From the NCBI GenBank assembly GCA_031414535.1, contig JANNVQ010000049.1:96001-160000 (forward strand): a stretch of 64,000 nucleotides of DNA, in the 5' to 3' direction. Below the pieces are notes generated by a model, which ran no database searches, was not told the origin of the DNA, and worked only from the letters and a program-made list of their open reading frames with translations. Positions 32,745 to 42,228 of this stretch are shown piece after piece (position 1 is the first letter of the stretch; every line of letters begins with the position of its first letter). The position numbers were made by a program, and so were the translations under genes. The stretch comes from Gemmatimonas sp. (GTDB taxonomy: Bacteria; Gemmatimonadota; Gemmatimonadetes; Gemmatimonadales; Gemmatimonadaceae).

Positions 32745-34190
32745 CTACCCTCTTCTCGCGCGTTCCCGCACCGTCACCGAGTTACCCGGCGTCCCAATCG
32801 CGCGTCCTCGGCACGCCGCAGCCCCACAGGCGCAATCAAACGGCTCCGCCGTCTCATCTAAGAACTGCGCATAGTCCAGCGTAAGTTCTTCGCCCGCAGC
32901 TATTGGGCGTGCCGCCACCACATTCAATCCGTCGTACCGCGTGTTCGGCTCGCAGGAATGATTCTGCGGCGCCCACGCAGAAGGATCACTGTCCCAAATG
33001 CCGTAGACCTCGTTGCTGATCGGATACGCGTAGCGACGGAACGTCTCCTGCTCCTCGGCGGCCCAATGCGCATCCACATGCCGAAGTGTGACAAGACGCA
33101 TCGGGCGCTCCTCACCACGAAACACGATGTCGTTTTCGTTCAGCGGCCGCACCGCCACGATGCCATAGCCGTCAATGGCGTCACCGCGCATTGCATAGGC
33201 CGGCCGGCGCCGCGCAAAACGCGCCCGCCCCTCGGCGATGATGCGCTCAAGGAATCCCGCCTGCCCCAAGCCGTCAAGCTTCAGGATGTGGTCCGCAGAG
33301 CCTTCCCACCCCTCCGGATAGAACACTGAGCAGGTGAAGTTGATCTCCAGAAAATAGATCTTCCCCGCGGCATCCATACGAAAGTCCATCCGCGCGTATC
33401 CGGTGGCATCGAAACCGCGGAACACCGTGCAGGCCGCATCCGTGAGACGCTTGGCGAGCGCCGCATCCTGCACCGGTACATTGGCGTCTGGATGCAGTTC
33501 CGAGGTCTTGAGCGCGTAGCTCTTGTAGCTGCGTCCTTCCGGAAAGCGGTACTCCACCGGGGTCAGCGCCGTGCTGCGGCCGTGACCTTCGGCGTCGCCA
33601 ATCACGAGCACCGTGAACTCGCGGCCCTCGATGAACTCCTCGACCAGCAGTTCCGGATACGTGGCCTGAATGCTCTCCACTTGGAGGCGCAGGGCCTCGG
33701 CATCGGCAATGCGGGCGTTCTCGTCCACGCCCAGCGAATCGCCGGCCTTGGCGGGCTTCACGAACAGCGGGTATCGCAGCTTCGCACGCGCCACCGCGGC
33801 CACCGCGGCCACCGCGTCGTCACCCGGGGCCAAGAGCACATGCCGGGGGGTGGCGACCCCAGCCGAATGTGCGAGGTACTTCATCAGCGGCTTCGGGGGA
33901 TCGTACAGCAGCGGCGTGGGGCCCGTGTACGGCAGCTGCAGCTGCTCCAGCGCGTGAATCACATCAACGCTGGGTACGTCCCACTCCAGATAGCCTTCGC
34001 AAAGATTGACGAAGATATCGAAGCCCTGCGAGCTCAGCGCCTTCAACTGCGCATAGGTGCTGAGCTTGTGCAGGAACTCGTGATGCACCGTATGCGCCGG
34101 GGCTAAGGGGGCGAGGTCACGCGGCGGATCGTAGTGCCGGTAGTCCACCGTCGAGGTGGAGTAATCCGGCTGCAGGACGCAGATCTTCAC
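32745..34190 (-). CDS. D-Ala-D-Ala-ligase-like ATP-grasp fused to SET and post-SET domains
   Basis: ATP-grasp: YPLFVKPAKAGDSLGV, VEEFIEGREFTV, GYARMDFR, YFLEIN. SET: GYGIVAVR, NHSCEPN, GEELTLDY. Post-SET: CACGAAAC. GTG start overlaps the upstream stop. Confidence 0.87.
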   Translation of the reverse strand: MKICVLQPDYSTSTVDYRHYDPPRDLAPLAPAHTVHHEFLHKLSTYAQLKALSSQGFDIFVNLCEGYLEWDVPSVDVIHALEQLQLPYTGPTPLLYDPPKPLMKYLAHSAGVATPRHVLLAPGDDAVAAVAAVARAKLRYPLFVKPAKAGDSLGVDENARIADAEALRLQVESIQATYPELLVEEFIEGREFTVLVIGDAEGHGRSTALTPVEYRFPEGRSYKSYALKTSELHPDANVPVQDAALAKRLTDAACTVFRGFDATGYARMDFRMDAAGKIYFLEINFTCSVFYPEGWEGSADHILKLDGLGQAGFLERIIAEGRARFARRRPAYAMRGDAIDGYGIVAVRPLNENDIVFRGEERPMRLVTLRHVDAHWAAEEQETFRRYAYPISNEVYGIWDSDPSAWAPQNHSCEPNTRYDGLNVVAARPIAAGEELTLDYAQFLDETAEPFDCACGAAACRGRAIGTPGNSVTVRERARRG

Positions 34191-35335
34191 GCCGCGCGTC
34201 GAGCGGCCAGGCGGACTCGTTGACGCGAGGCAGCAAGGATGGCCGCCACGGCGTGCGCGAATGGACGGCCCGCAAAGCGCAGGATGGCGCCGATGCTCGT
34301 GTGCAACTCGTCCTCTGACAAGCCACACTGCGCGTTCACCTCGAGGACGACAAGCTCACCGGTCGCCTGGTCCTGCCGGAGGTCCACGCGGCCGTAGCCC
34401 CGTCCGCCCACGGCAGCGTATGCCGCCCAGCTCACATCGCGGATACGCGCGAGTTCGCTGCGCCCCACCGGTGCGTAGCGCCAGAGATCTTCATCGGCTT
34501 CGCCGCCGATTGGCGTCTCCACTTCGTACATGCCCCACAGACGGTCAAACGAGAGGAAGCGCTCTTCGGCGGGGAGGCGCTCATTGAAGCGACGCTCAAC
34601 CGGCGGATAGACCAGCCGCCGCGACGCGGCATCGTGATTGCCGACGATGAAGGTCGTGAACTCCCTGCCCATCACAAAGCGCTCGGCAATCACGCCGCCC
34701 TTGGTGAGGTCCCATCCGTGATAACCCATGCGGAGGCGTTGCATCTGTTCGCGCAGCTCAGCGGCCGAGCGCACGACGGACTTGGTCGTCACCCCCATGC
34801 TGCCGGCGGACACCGCAGGCTTCACGATGAGCGGACCACCGCCGAGCTTGGCAAAGATGGCGCCAGCCCCACGCGCATCCGGCGCCACCTCCTCCCATAG
34901 CGCGGTCGGCACGCCCGCCCGATCAAATGCGCGCTTCATATCAATCTTGGAGGTGGTGCCGTCGTAGAATGGCACATCCGAACCCGTGTAGCGGAGCCCG
35001 TACCGCTCCAGCGCGCGAATGATGGAGAGACCCGGCACGCCGTTGGCCTCATCGCCGTCGCAGAGGTTGAACACCGTGACGTCGCGCCGCTCGGTGCTAC
35101 GCGCGATTCGCGCGATCACTGCCTCGTGGTCGGCCAGCGTGATCTTCTGCCAGCGCCACGGAATGCCTAGGACCGCGAAGGCTCGGCGGAACTCAGCGCG
35201 GCTCTGCGTGAAGTCGCAGTACCAGGCGAGATTCTCGTCCGATGTCTCGAGGTGAGGCACCAAGACCCACACGAGCGGTTCGCGCGTGCGGGGGGAAGTT
35301 GGTCGCGGCGCCCGGACGCTCGCGGCCGTACTCAT
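34187..35335 (-). CDS. D-Ala-D-Ala-ligase-like ATP-grasp protein
   Basis: NLCDG, YTGSD, PLIVKPAVSAGSMGV, ERFVMGREFT, GYGRVDLR, VLEVNAQCG. Start is 35335 or 35365. Confidence 0.85.
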   Translation of the reverse strand: MSTAASVRAPRPTSPRTREPLVWVLVPHLETSDENLAWYCDFTQSRAEFRRAFAVLGIPWRWQKITLADHEAVIARIARSTERRDVTVFNLCDGDEANGVPGLSIIRALERYGLRYTGSDVPFYDGTTSKIDMKRAFDRAGVPTALWEEVAPDARGAGAIFAKLGGGPLIVKPAVSAGSMGVTTKSVVRSAAELREQMQRLRMGYHGWDLTKGGVIAERFVMGREFTTFIVGNHDAASRRLVYPPVERRFNERLPAEERFLSFDRLWGMYEVETPIGGEADEDLWRYAPVGRSELARIRDVSWAAYAAVGGRGYGRVDLRQDQATGELVVLEVNAQCGLSEDELHTSIGAILRFAGRPFAHAVAAILAASRQRVRLAARRAA

Positions 35336-35381
35336 CGCTGGAATACATGGAGCATGCACCAGCAATGTAGTACTTCTTTTG

Positions 35382-35416
35382 AAAAAGGAACATACGGCAC
35401 CTTAAACCGAATGTTC
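35382..35416 (-). terminator. Possible intrinsic terminator after the MATE gene
   Basis: Minus strand GAACATTCGG-tttaaggtg-CCGTATGTTC then CTTTTT; one mismatch in the stem. Confidence 0.5.
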
Positions 35417-35426
35417 TTCGTGCGTC

Positions 35427-36827
35427 CTATGCGGTCGGGGCAACGTCAATCGTCCGCCATGCGCCACGACGGAAGCGCCACACGCTCAGCACCGACCGCG
35501 TGATATGTCCGCAGAGAATGGCGAGCCAGATATCCGATGCCTCGAGCGGACGCATGCTCTGCAGGAGGAAGAGCAGCCCAAGCGGCACGCCGATCTGTGA
35601 GACGATGGAGATATAGAGCGGACCCTTGGTATCGCCCGTGCCCTGTAATCCGCCGGAAAAAGTCAGCGCGACGGTAATGAACAGGCCCGAGAACGCGAGC
35701 CAACGCAGTAACTCCGTGCCCAGCGAGAGAACCAGCGGATCGTCCATACCGAACAAACCCAGCAGCACCTCGGGAATGAGCAGGAACAGTGCGCCGACAA
35801 ATGCCGCGATGCCCACGCCGTATCCCGCCGCTACACGCACGGCCTGCGCCGAACGATCCGGCTTTCCAGCGCCGAGGTTTTGGCCTGCCACCGCCGCCGC
35901 GGCTCCCATCAGGCCAACCGAGGTCCACGTCACCAGCGAGAAGAGTTCCGTGTATCCAAGGACGTATGCCGCCTGCGCCTCAGCGCTGTGCTCCAGCGAT
36001 CCAATGAACCGCAACAGGAGCACGCCCGCCACGTTCATCGCGATGCCCTGCAGGCCCGCCGGCAGACCAAAGCGAAACAACTGACGTATCGTTGCCCAGT
36101 CGGGGCGCCGCGACTGCGTGGTCGGCCAATGCACGACCAGCTTCCCGCTCGTCAGCATCCAGAGGCCAATGCCGCTCGCCGTGATAGCCGCGATGATGGT
36201 GCCATACGCCGCACCGTCCACGCCGAGCGCAGGGATCGGGCCCAAGCCGCGAATCAGCACAATGTTAAGCAGGACGTTGAGCACGGTCATGAAGACGCCG
36301 AGCCTGAGTGGCGTTTTGGCGTCACCGGCCGCGCGGAGGGCCCCACCCAACAGGAAGAAGGTCATCATGCCGACGTTGCCGACCAGCATGATGCGCAGGT
36401 AGCTGATGGCCTCGACCTTCACGGCGGGCGCCGCGCGCACGATATCGAGCAAGTAGGGTGCGGCAAACCAGCCGATGGGCGCGAGCACGATGATGGCCAG
36501 CATCATCGTGGCCACGAAGGCCTGGTACACAGCGTGATTCACCTTGTCAGGCTCATTCGCGCCGGCATGCCGCGCCACGAGCACGCCCATCCCCGTGTAC
36601 AAGGACATCACGAAGACGATAATCACAATGAAGATCTGCAACGAGACGCCAACGGCGGCATTGCCCGTGTAGCCCACGTAGTGCCCAACCATCGCGTGGT
36701 CCACCACGCCTTGCAGGCCGCCAATCACGTTTTGCAGTACCGTGGGCCACGCAAGCTTCCAGACAGCCCCGCTCACGGGACCTTCTACGATGGAGCGGTC
36801 GAATCCCTTGCCACCGACGTTCGCCAT
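35427..36827 (-). CDS. MATE family efflux transporter
   Basis: LAWPTVLQN...VDHAMVGH, LRAAGDAKTPL, GVDGAAYGT, LQGTGDTK; ~12 hydrophobic segments. Confidence 0.92.
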   Translation of the reverse strand: MANVGGKGFDRSIVEGPVSGAVWKLAWPTVLQNVIGGLQGVVDHAMVGHYVGYTGNAAVGVSLQIFIVIIVFVMSLYTGMGVLVARHAGANEPDKVNHAVYQAFVATMMLAIIVLAPIGWFAAPYLLDIVRAAPAVKVEAISYLRIMLVGNVGMMTFFLLGGALRAAGDAKTPLRLGVFMTVLNVLLNIVLIRGLGPIPALGVDGAAYGTIIAAITASGIGLWMLTSGKLVVHWPTTQSRRPDWATIRQLFRFGLPAGLQGIAMNVAGVLLLRFIGSLEHSAEAQAAYVLGYTELFSLVTWTSVGLMGAAAAVAGQNLGAGKPDRSAQAVRVAAGYGVGIAAFVGALFLLIPEVLLGLFGMDDPLVLSLGTELLRWLAFSGLFITVALTFSGGLQGTGDTKGPLYISIVSQIGVPLGLLFLLQSMRPLEASDIWLAILCGHITRSVLSVWRFRRGAWRTIDVAPTA

Positions 36828-36830
36828 GCG

Positions 36831-37295
36831 CTACTCGACCCTGACGAGACGCACAATCATCACCAGCGTGGCATTGGCTGGCACCTTTCCTCGTCCGCGC
36901 GATCCGTACGCGAGATTGGGTGGCACCACGAGCTGGCGTACCCCGCCAACCTTCATGCTGCGCAGCGTCACCTCGAGTGCGGGAATGGATTGCCGCTCGC
37001 CGAGCTTAAAGCGCAACGGCCGCTCCGGTTCCGCACGATCCACCTCGCTTCCGTCCGGCAGTCTCACCACGTACCCGATGTGAACCGTGAGTCCCGTATA
37101 CGCTTGGCGCCCCGTCCCCACGATGATGTCGTGGAAGTAGAAGCCCCGTTCATGCAGGGACATCTGCGCAAGATCTACTTCGGCTTCCGCAGCAAACATG
37201 TCCTGCGTGATCGGCCGCAGGGGCGCTGCAGCCGACGCCGAAGCGCAGGCCGCGGCCAGAATGCACAGCGCGACAAGTGCGAGCCGTCGCATCAA
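36831..37295 (-). CDS. FKBP-type peptidyl-prolyl isomerase (lipoprotein)
   Basis: Lipobox LAAC; MKVGGVRQLVVPPNLAYGSRG...VPANATL. Confidence 0.88.
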   Translation of the reverse strand: MMRRLALVALCILAAACASASAAAPLRPITQDMFAAEAEVDLAQMSLHERGFYFHDIIVGTGRQAYTGLTVHIGYVVRLPDGSEVDRAEPERPLRFKLGERQSIPALEVTLRSMKVGGVRQLVVPPNLAYGSRGRGKVPANATLVMIVRLVRVE

Positions 37296-38653
37296 TACTT
37301 TGCGAGGTAGCGTTCAAGCTCCCAAGCCGAGACCTGTGAGATGTAGTCGCGCCATTCCTCACGCTTAGCGGCGAGGAAGTGCTGGGTCACGTGTGGACCG
37401 AGTGCCTCGCAGATTTCCGTACTCTTCTCGAGTTCGTCGCAGGCCTCGTTGAGATCGCGCGGCAAATCGTCAATGCGCAGGCGACGACGCTCCCTGAAGC
37501 TCATCTCCCAGATATTCTCGTTGACCGGCTCGCGCGAGGTGGCTTCCGTATGGATGCCGTCGAGTCCCGCCGCGAGCATCACTGCGAGGGCGAGATAGGG
37601 ATTGGCCGCCGGATCCGGCGAGCGCAGCTCCACGCGCGTACCAGTACCACGACGCGACGGTACCCGGATGAGCGGTGAGCGATTGTGGAGGGACCACGCC
37701 ACGTTCACGGGCGCTTCGTAGCCGGGAACCAAGCGCTTGTAGGAATTCACCAGCGGATTGGTGATGGCGCTCATGCCGCGCGCGTGCTTCAGCAGGCCAC
37801 CGATGTAATGGTGCGCCACCTTGGAGAGTTCGTACTCTGCCTGTGGATCGAAGAACGCATTCTCGCCGTTGCGAAACAACGACTGGTGGGTGTGCATGCC
37901 GCTGCCGTTCTGCCCAAACACCGGTTTCGGCATGAACGATGCCACCAAACCGAACTGCTGGGCCACGTGCTTCACCACAAAGCGGAAGGTCGCGATGTTG
38001 TCCGCGGTAGTGAGAGCGTCGGCGTAGCGAAAATCAATCTCATGCTGACCATGCGCCACCTCGTGGTGAGCGGCCTCTACTTCAAATCCCATCTGCTCGA
38101 GCGTGGCGACGATGGCTCGGCGGGCATCCTCGCCACGATCCATCGGGGCGAGGTCGAAGTAGCCCCCCACGTCGTGCGTGAGGGTCGCGGCGCCGCCGTC
38201 CGTCGCCGGACGGAACAGAAAGAACTCGGCTTCCATGCCCGCGTTCATCACGTAGCCCTGTTCCGCCGCACGCGCGACCTGACGCTTGAGCACGTGACGC
38301 GGATCGCCAGCAAACGGCGTGCCATCGGGCATCACGACGTCGCAGATCACGCGCGCCACGCGCTGCGCGGCGTCGCCCCAAGGGAATACGCGGTAGGTCG
38401 CGAAGTCCGGGCGCAGCAGCATGTCCGATTCTTCCACGCGCACGAAGCCTTCGATGGACGAGCCGTCAAACATGATGTCGCCAGCCAAGGCCTTGGCGAA
38501 CTGCGAGGCCGGTACCTCGACGTTCTTGTTGATGCCGAGGATATCCGTGAACTGCAAACGTAGAAAACGCACCCCCTGTGACTCCGAGAGTGCGAGGAGG
38601 TCCTTGGCGGTCGCGCCAGCGAAGTCGGCGGGCACGGTCGTGGGCTTGGGCAT
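37292..38653 (-). CDS. glnA: Glutamine synthetase type I (alpha-like)
   Basis: FDGSSIEGFVRVEESDM, HHEVAHGQHEI, FMPKP..GQNGSGMH, NSYKRLVPGYEAP, RVELRSPDP. Confidence 0.93.
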   Translation of the reverse strand: MPKPTTVPADFAGATAKDLLALSESQGVRFLRLQFTDILGINKNVEVPASQFAKALAGDIMFDGSSIEGFVRVEESDMLLRPDFATYRVFPWGDAAQRVARVICDVVMPDGTPFAGDPRHVLKRQVARAAEQGYVMNAGMEAEFFLFRPATDGGAATLTHDVGGYFDLAPMDRGEDARRAIVATLEQMGFEVEAAHHEVAHGQHEIDFRYADALTTADNIATFRFVVKHVAQQFGLVASFMPKPVFGQNGSGMHTHQSLFRNGENAFFDPQAEYELSKVAHHYIGGLLKHARGMSAITNPLVNSYKRLVPGYEAPVNVAWSLHNRSPLIRVPSRRGTGTRVELRSPDPAANPYLALAVMLAAGLDGIHTEATSREPVNENIWEMSFRERRRLRIDDLPRDLNEACDELEKSTEICEALGPHVTQHFLAAKREEWRDYISQVSAWELERYLAKY

Positions 38654-38720
38654 CAGGGGAATATCGGCGTTCCCATAGGGCCCGCGCCATTGCCGCAGAG
38701 AGCCTGATTAACTTTTCCTC

Positions 38721-39449
38721 ATGGCTAAGCATTGCGCGAATTGTGGAGCGGCGCTCGGTGAGCGCGGCAAGTTCTGTCACCGCTGTGGTTCCGCTCGCGA
38801 CGGCGGGAGCCCACAGCCCGTCGCTACAAACCCAAGCGGCGTCACTTCGGTCCTGCCGTGGGCCATTGCCGCCATCGCAGTGCTCGCACTCGTAGCCTTC
38901 ATCGCCGGCCAGAAGTTCGGTGGCGGAACCGCTCGGACCGCTGCAGCGCCGCCAAGTGCGGGACCAAGCGCGGGACCAAGCGCGGCGCCAACCGGCGCGC
39001 GCGCCGTGGACATCGCGTCAATGTCTCCGCAGGAGCGAGCCGACCGATTGTTTGATCGCGTCATGAACCTCGTGTCGCAGGGCAAGGGTGATTCGGTGCA
39101 GTTCTTCGCGCCGATGGCCATTCAAAGTTTCGAAGCGCTCGCGCCGCTCGACGCGCACGGACGCTACGATCTCGGTCTGCTCGGCGTCGTGAGCGGTGAT
39201 GCCACGCTCGCACGCGCGCAGGCCGACACGATTCTCGCGAGCCAGCCGTCACACTTGCTCGGCCTCACCCTCGCGATGCGCGCGGCCGGTCTGCAGGGCG
39301 ACACCGCACAGCGCGCGCAGTTTGCCCAACGCCTGAGGACGGCCTTGGTGAGCGAGCGCGCGAAGGGACTCACGGAATACACAGATCACGGCCCCGACAT
39401 TGATGCGGCGGTACGAGAGGCGGACGGCAAAACCCCTCTCCCGCGCTAG
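38721..39449 (+). CDS. Zinc-ribbon membrane-anchored hypothetical protein
   Basis: CANCG...FCHRCG, one TM helix, Pro/Ala linker, helical C-terminal domain. Confidence 0.75.
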   Translation: MAKHCANCGAALGERGKFCHRCGSARDGGSPQPVATNPSGVTSVLPWAIAAIAVLALVAFIAGQKFGGGTARTAAAPPSAGPSAGPSAAPTGARAVDIASMSPQERADRLFDRVMNLVSQGKGDSVQFFAPMAIQSFEALAPLDAHGRYDLGLLGVVSGDATLARAQADTILASQPSHLLGLTLAMRAAGLQGDTAQRAQFAQRLRTALVSERAKGLTEYTDHGPDIDAAVREADGKTPLPR

Positions 39450-39631
39450 TTTTTAGCAGTATTTTGAGCCACTAAATCCACAGTATAGCGACACCAAAGA
39501 GCCACAGATTTAGTTCGTTTAGACTCGTGCTCCCGCCGCATTTTGCTCCATGATGTTTTCGGAGCCGATACTGTGGCGTTCGCGCTCGCTGATGCGCACA
39601 TTCTGTATGTCCACCAACCTATTAAGACGGA

Positions 39632-40747
39632 ATGACTGCTCCGCACCCCTCCTCTTCAGGTCGTTTGACGACAGCCATGCGCGCGGTCGTCGAAGCGCCG
39701 TCGCGGCGCGTCTTGGTTGTGGATGATGAAGAGGTGATTCGCACTGCGCTCGCTCGCTTTCTTCGCGCACGCGGCTTCGATGTCACCACGGCGGAATCCG
39801 GACGCGCCGCGCTCGCGGCGATGCAGCAGGAGAAATTCGTCGCGATGCTCTCCGACATTCGTATGCCGGAGATGACCGGTCTCGAACTTGTGCCGCACGC
39901 GCATGCGGCTGATCCAGACCTCGCCATCATCATGCTCACGGCCGTCAACGACGCGCCGACCGCCACCGAGGCGCTGGGAATGGGCGCGATGGACTACTTG
40001 ATGAAGCCCGTCGAGCTCGGTGACCTCGCCACGGCGCTCGAGCGTGCTCTCCACAAGCGGACCTTGGCCATCGACCAGCGCAAGGTGGAGCGGCTCATTC
40101 GCGAGGAAGTCGCCGCGCAGACGCAGGAACTGCAACTCGAACGCGAGCGCCTGCATTCCACGGTTATCGCTACGGTCCAGGCTCTCGTACGGGCCCAAGA
40201 GACCAAGGACCCCTTTCTGCGCGGCCACTCCGACCGCGTCGCCGATCTCGCCGGCTCGATCGCCTCGGCGATGGGACTCGAGGACGACGACGTTGATGCG
40301 ATTCGTATGGCCGCCCACGTCATGGACGTGGGGAAGATTGGTATCCGTGAATCGGTGCTCAATAAGCCCGGCGCGCTCAGCGCCGAGGAGTTTGAGCACG
40401 TCAAAACTCACGTGACGATGAGCTTGGAGATTCTCTCGCCCGTCAAGCCCCTGCACCAGTCCCTCGATCCGGTGCGGCACCACCACGAGCATTTCGACGG
40501 AACCGGCTACCCGGCCGGCTTGGTCGGCGAGGAAATTTCATTGGGTGGCCGCATCCTTGCCGCCGCGGACACCTACGACGCGCTGACCTCCAGCCGCCCT
40601 TGGCGCGCGCCAATGTCGCCGCCGGATGCGGTCGCTTTTCTTGAGGAGCGCAGCGGAAGCCTGCTCGACCCGCAGGTCTTCGCGGCACTCCGCGGCATCG
40701 TGACTCGCCGCAAGACCCTCTCGTTTCTCGACCCCGATCAAGGCTGA
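39632..40747 (+). CDS. Response regulator with degenerate HD-GYP domain
   Basis: REC: VVDDE, SDIRMP, MKP. HD-GYP: GHSDRV, HHEHFDGTGYP, AADTYDA. The HD dyad reads MD (AHVMDVGKIG). Confidence 0.88.
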   Translation: MTAPHPSSSGRLTTAMRAVVEAPSRRVLVVDDEEVIRTALARFLRARGFDVTTAESGRAALAAMQQEKFVAMLSDIRMPEMTGLELVPHAHAADPDLAIIMLTAVNDAPTATEALGMGAMDYLMKPVELGDLATALERALHKRTLAIDQRKVERLIREEVAAQTQELQLERERLHSTVIATVQALVRAQETKDPFLRGHSDRVADLAGSIASAMGLEDDDVDAIRMAAHVMDVGKIGIRESVLNKPGALSAEEFEHVKTHVTMSLEILSPVKPLHQSLDPVRHHHEHFDGTGYPAGLVGEEISLGGRILAAADTYDALTSSRPWRAPMSPPDAVAFLEERSGSLLDPQVFAALRGIVTRRKTLSFLDPDQG

Positions 40748-40800
40748 GCATCGGTGGCGCGGGACTGAACGATGGGCGCGCCCCGCGCGTACATCTTCTG

Positions 40801-42228
40801 ATGCTTTCGCACACAATTCGCGGCGCCGTCTCTGGGCTGGCCGCCGCCCTCATTTTTTTTCCCGCCGCGCTCGCGGCGCAGGCGAGCGATACGCTACGGC
40901 TCTCGCTCGCGGATGCCGTCGGCCGCATTCTGCGTACCTCCGATGAGACTCGACTCGCCGACGCCCAGGTAGCGGTCGCGGACGCGCAGATCCTCTCGGC
41001 CCGCGCCGCTGGATTGCCGCAGGTACGACTCAACGGCAGCTACCAGCAGGTGCTGAAGAACGCGCGCGCCCAGATCGTCGGTGCGCTGTTCAACCAGAAT
41101 TACGTCTACACGTCAAACCTCAACGTCCAGCAAGCGCTGTTCCAAGGTGGCCGCATCGTCGCGGCCTCCCAGGCGGCGGCGCGGGTTGAGCAAGCGGCAA
41201 CGCTGACGCGCGAGGAAACGCGTGCCCAACTCGCGGTGGACATTCAGCGCGTATACCTGAACACCGTCTTCACGGCGCGCATCGCGGAGATTCAGGCCAC
41301 CAATCTCCGCATCGCCGACCAACGACTCGCCCAAGCAGAACAGCTTGAGCGCGCGGGCCGCGCCTCGCGCTACGACGTCCTTCGGGCGCGCGTCGAGCGC
41401 GCCAACCTCGAGCCCTTGCTACGCCAAGCCGAGAACGAGCGTACGCTGGCTGAACTTGAACTGCGTCGCTTGCTCAACCTTCCGGCGGGCCAGCCCCTCC
41501 ACCTTGTCACGGCCTTAGATGGAACCGCTGTCCGCGCGCTCGCCATGGCGGTCCCTACGGGTCGAGCCGGCGTGCGAGCCTCCGTCCAAGCCGCTGAATT
41601 GACGGCAAGTGCGCGCCGCGCCGGTATTCGCGTGGCCCGCGCCGACCTCTTGCCGAGCATCAACGCCGGATTCACCTTCGGCTACCTCGCACTGCCAACG
41701 AGCCCAGCGTTCCCGACGGTCGCGGGCGCCCGTGCCAACGAGTTCTGCGTGGGAGATACCACGGGCACACGCCTCTGCCAAAACAATGGCTGGTTCCCAG
41801 ACCGGAATTTCAATATCACGATGAGCTGGCCGCTCTTCGACGGACTGCGCGCCAAAGGACAGATTGATTTCGCGCAGGCACAGTCCCGCGTCGCCGATCT
41901 GCAGGCGCTGCAGGCCAAGGAAGACGCCAGCATCGACGTAGAACGTGCACAGGCCGAGCTCGCGCGAGCGCTCGCCATCGCCTCGGCCCGTGAGACCACC
42001 GTGCGCGAAGCCGAAGAGGCGTACGAACTCGCCTCGTTGCGCCTTGCACGAGGAATCGGTACGCAACTCGAAGTCTCTGATGCCCAGCTTGCCCTGCTCA
42101 CCGCCCGTTCCACCGATGCGCGTGCGGTGTTCGATCTCTACCTCGCGGTGGCTGAACTCGCGCGTGTGCGCGCTGAGCCCATCCCACTCCCCGACGGGAC
42201 CACCGTCTCCACTCGACTGACCCGCTGA
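40801..42228 (+). CDS. TolC-family outer membrane efflux protein
   Basis: Signal peptide, duplicated OEP repeats, SWPLFDG, GIGTQLEVSDAQ; coupled to MFP and RND genes. Confidence 0.88.
   Translation: MLSHTIRGAVSGLAAALIFFPAALAAQASDTLRLSLADAVGRILRTSDETRLADAQVAVADAQILSARAAGLPQVRLNGSYQQVLKNARAQIVGALFNQNYVYTSNLNVQQALFQGGRIVAASQAAARVEQAATLTREETRAQLAVDIQRVYLNTVFTARIAEIQATNLRIADQRLAQAEQLERAGRASRYDVLRARVERANLEPLLRQAENERTLAELELRRLLNLPAGQPLHLVTALDGTAVRALAMAVPTGRAGVRASVQAAELTASARRAGIRVARADLLPSINAGFTFGYLALPTSPAFPTVAGARANEFCVGDTTGTRLCQNNGWFPDRNFNITMSWPLFDGLRAKGQIDFAQAQSRVADLQALQAKEDASIDVERAQAELARALAIASARETTVREAEEAYELASLRLARGIGTQLEVSDAQLALLTARSTDARAVFDLYLAVAELARVRAEPIPLPDGTTVSTRLTR

Noticed and set aside
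32745..35335. Housekeeping ddl genes
   Set aside because: No GGxSxEH N-terminal motif or NTxPG motif, and no mur/fts context.
35880..37310. 476-aa plus-strand ORF
   Set aside because: Antisense to MATE and FKBP; His/Arg-rich shadow composition.
37292..38653. GSI as a gamma-glutamyl-polyamine ligase feeding the ATP-grasp genes
   Set aside because: It retains the FDGSSIEGF and PGYEAP motifs of true GS, and a terminator-like hairpin separates its operon from the ATP-grasp pair.
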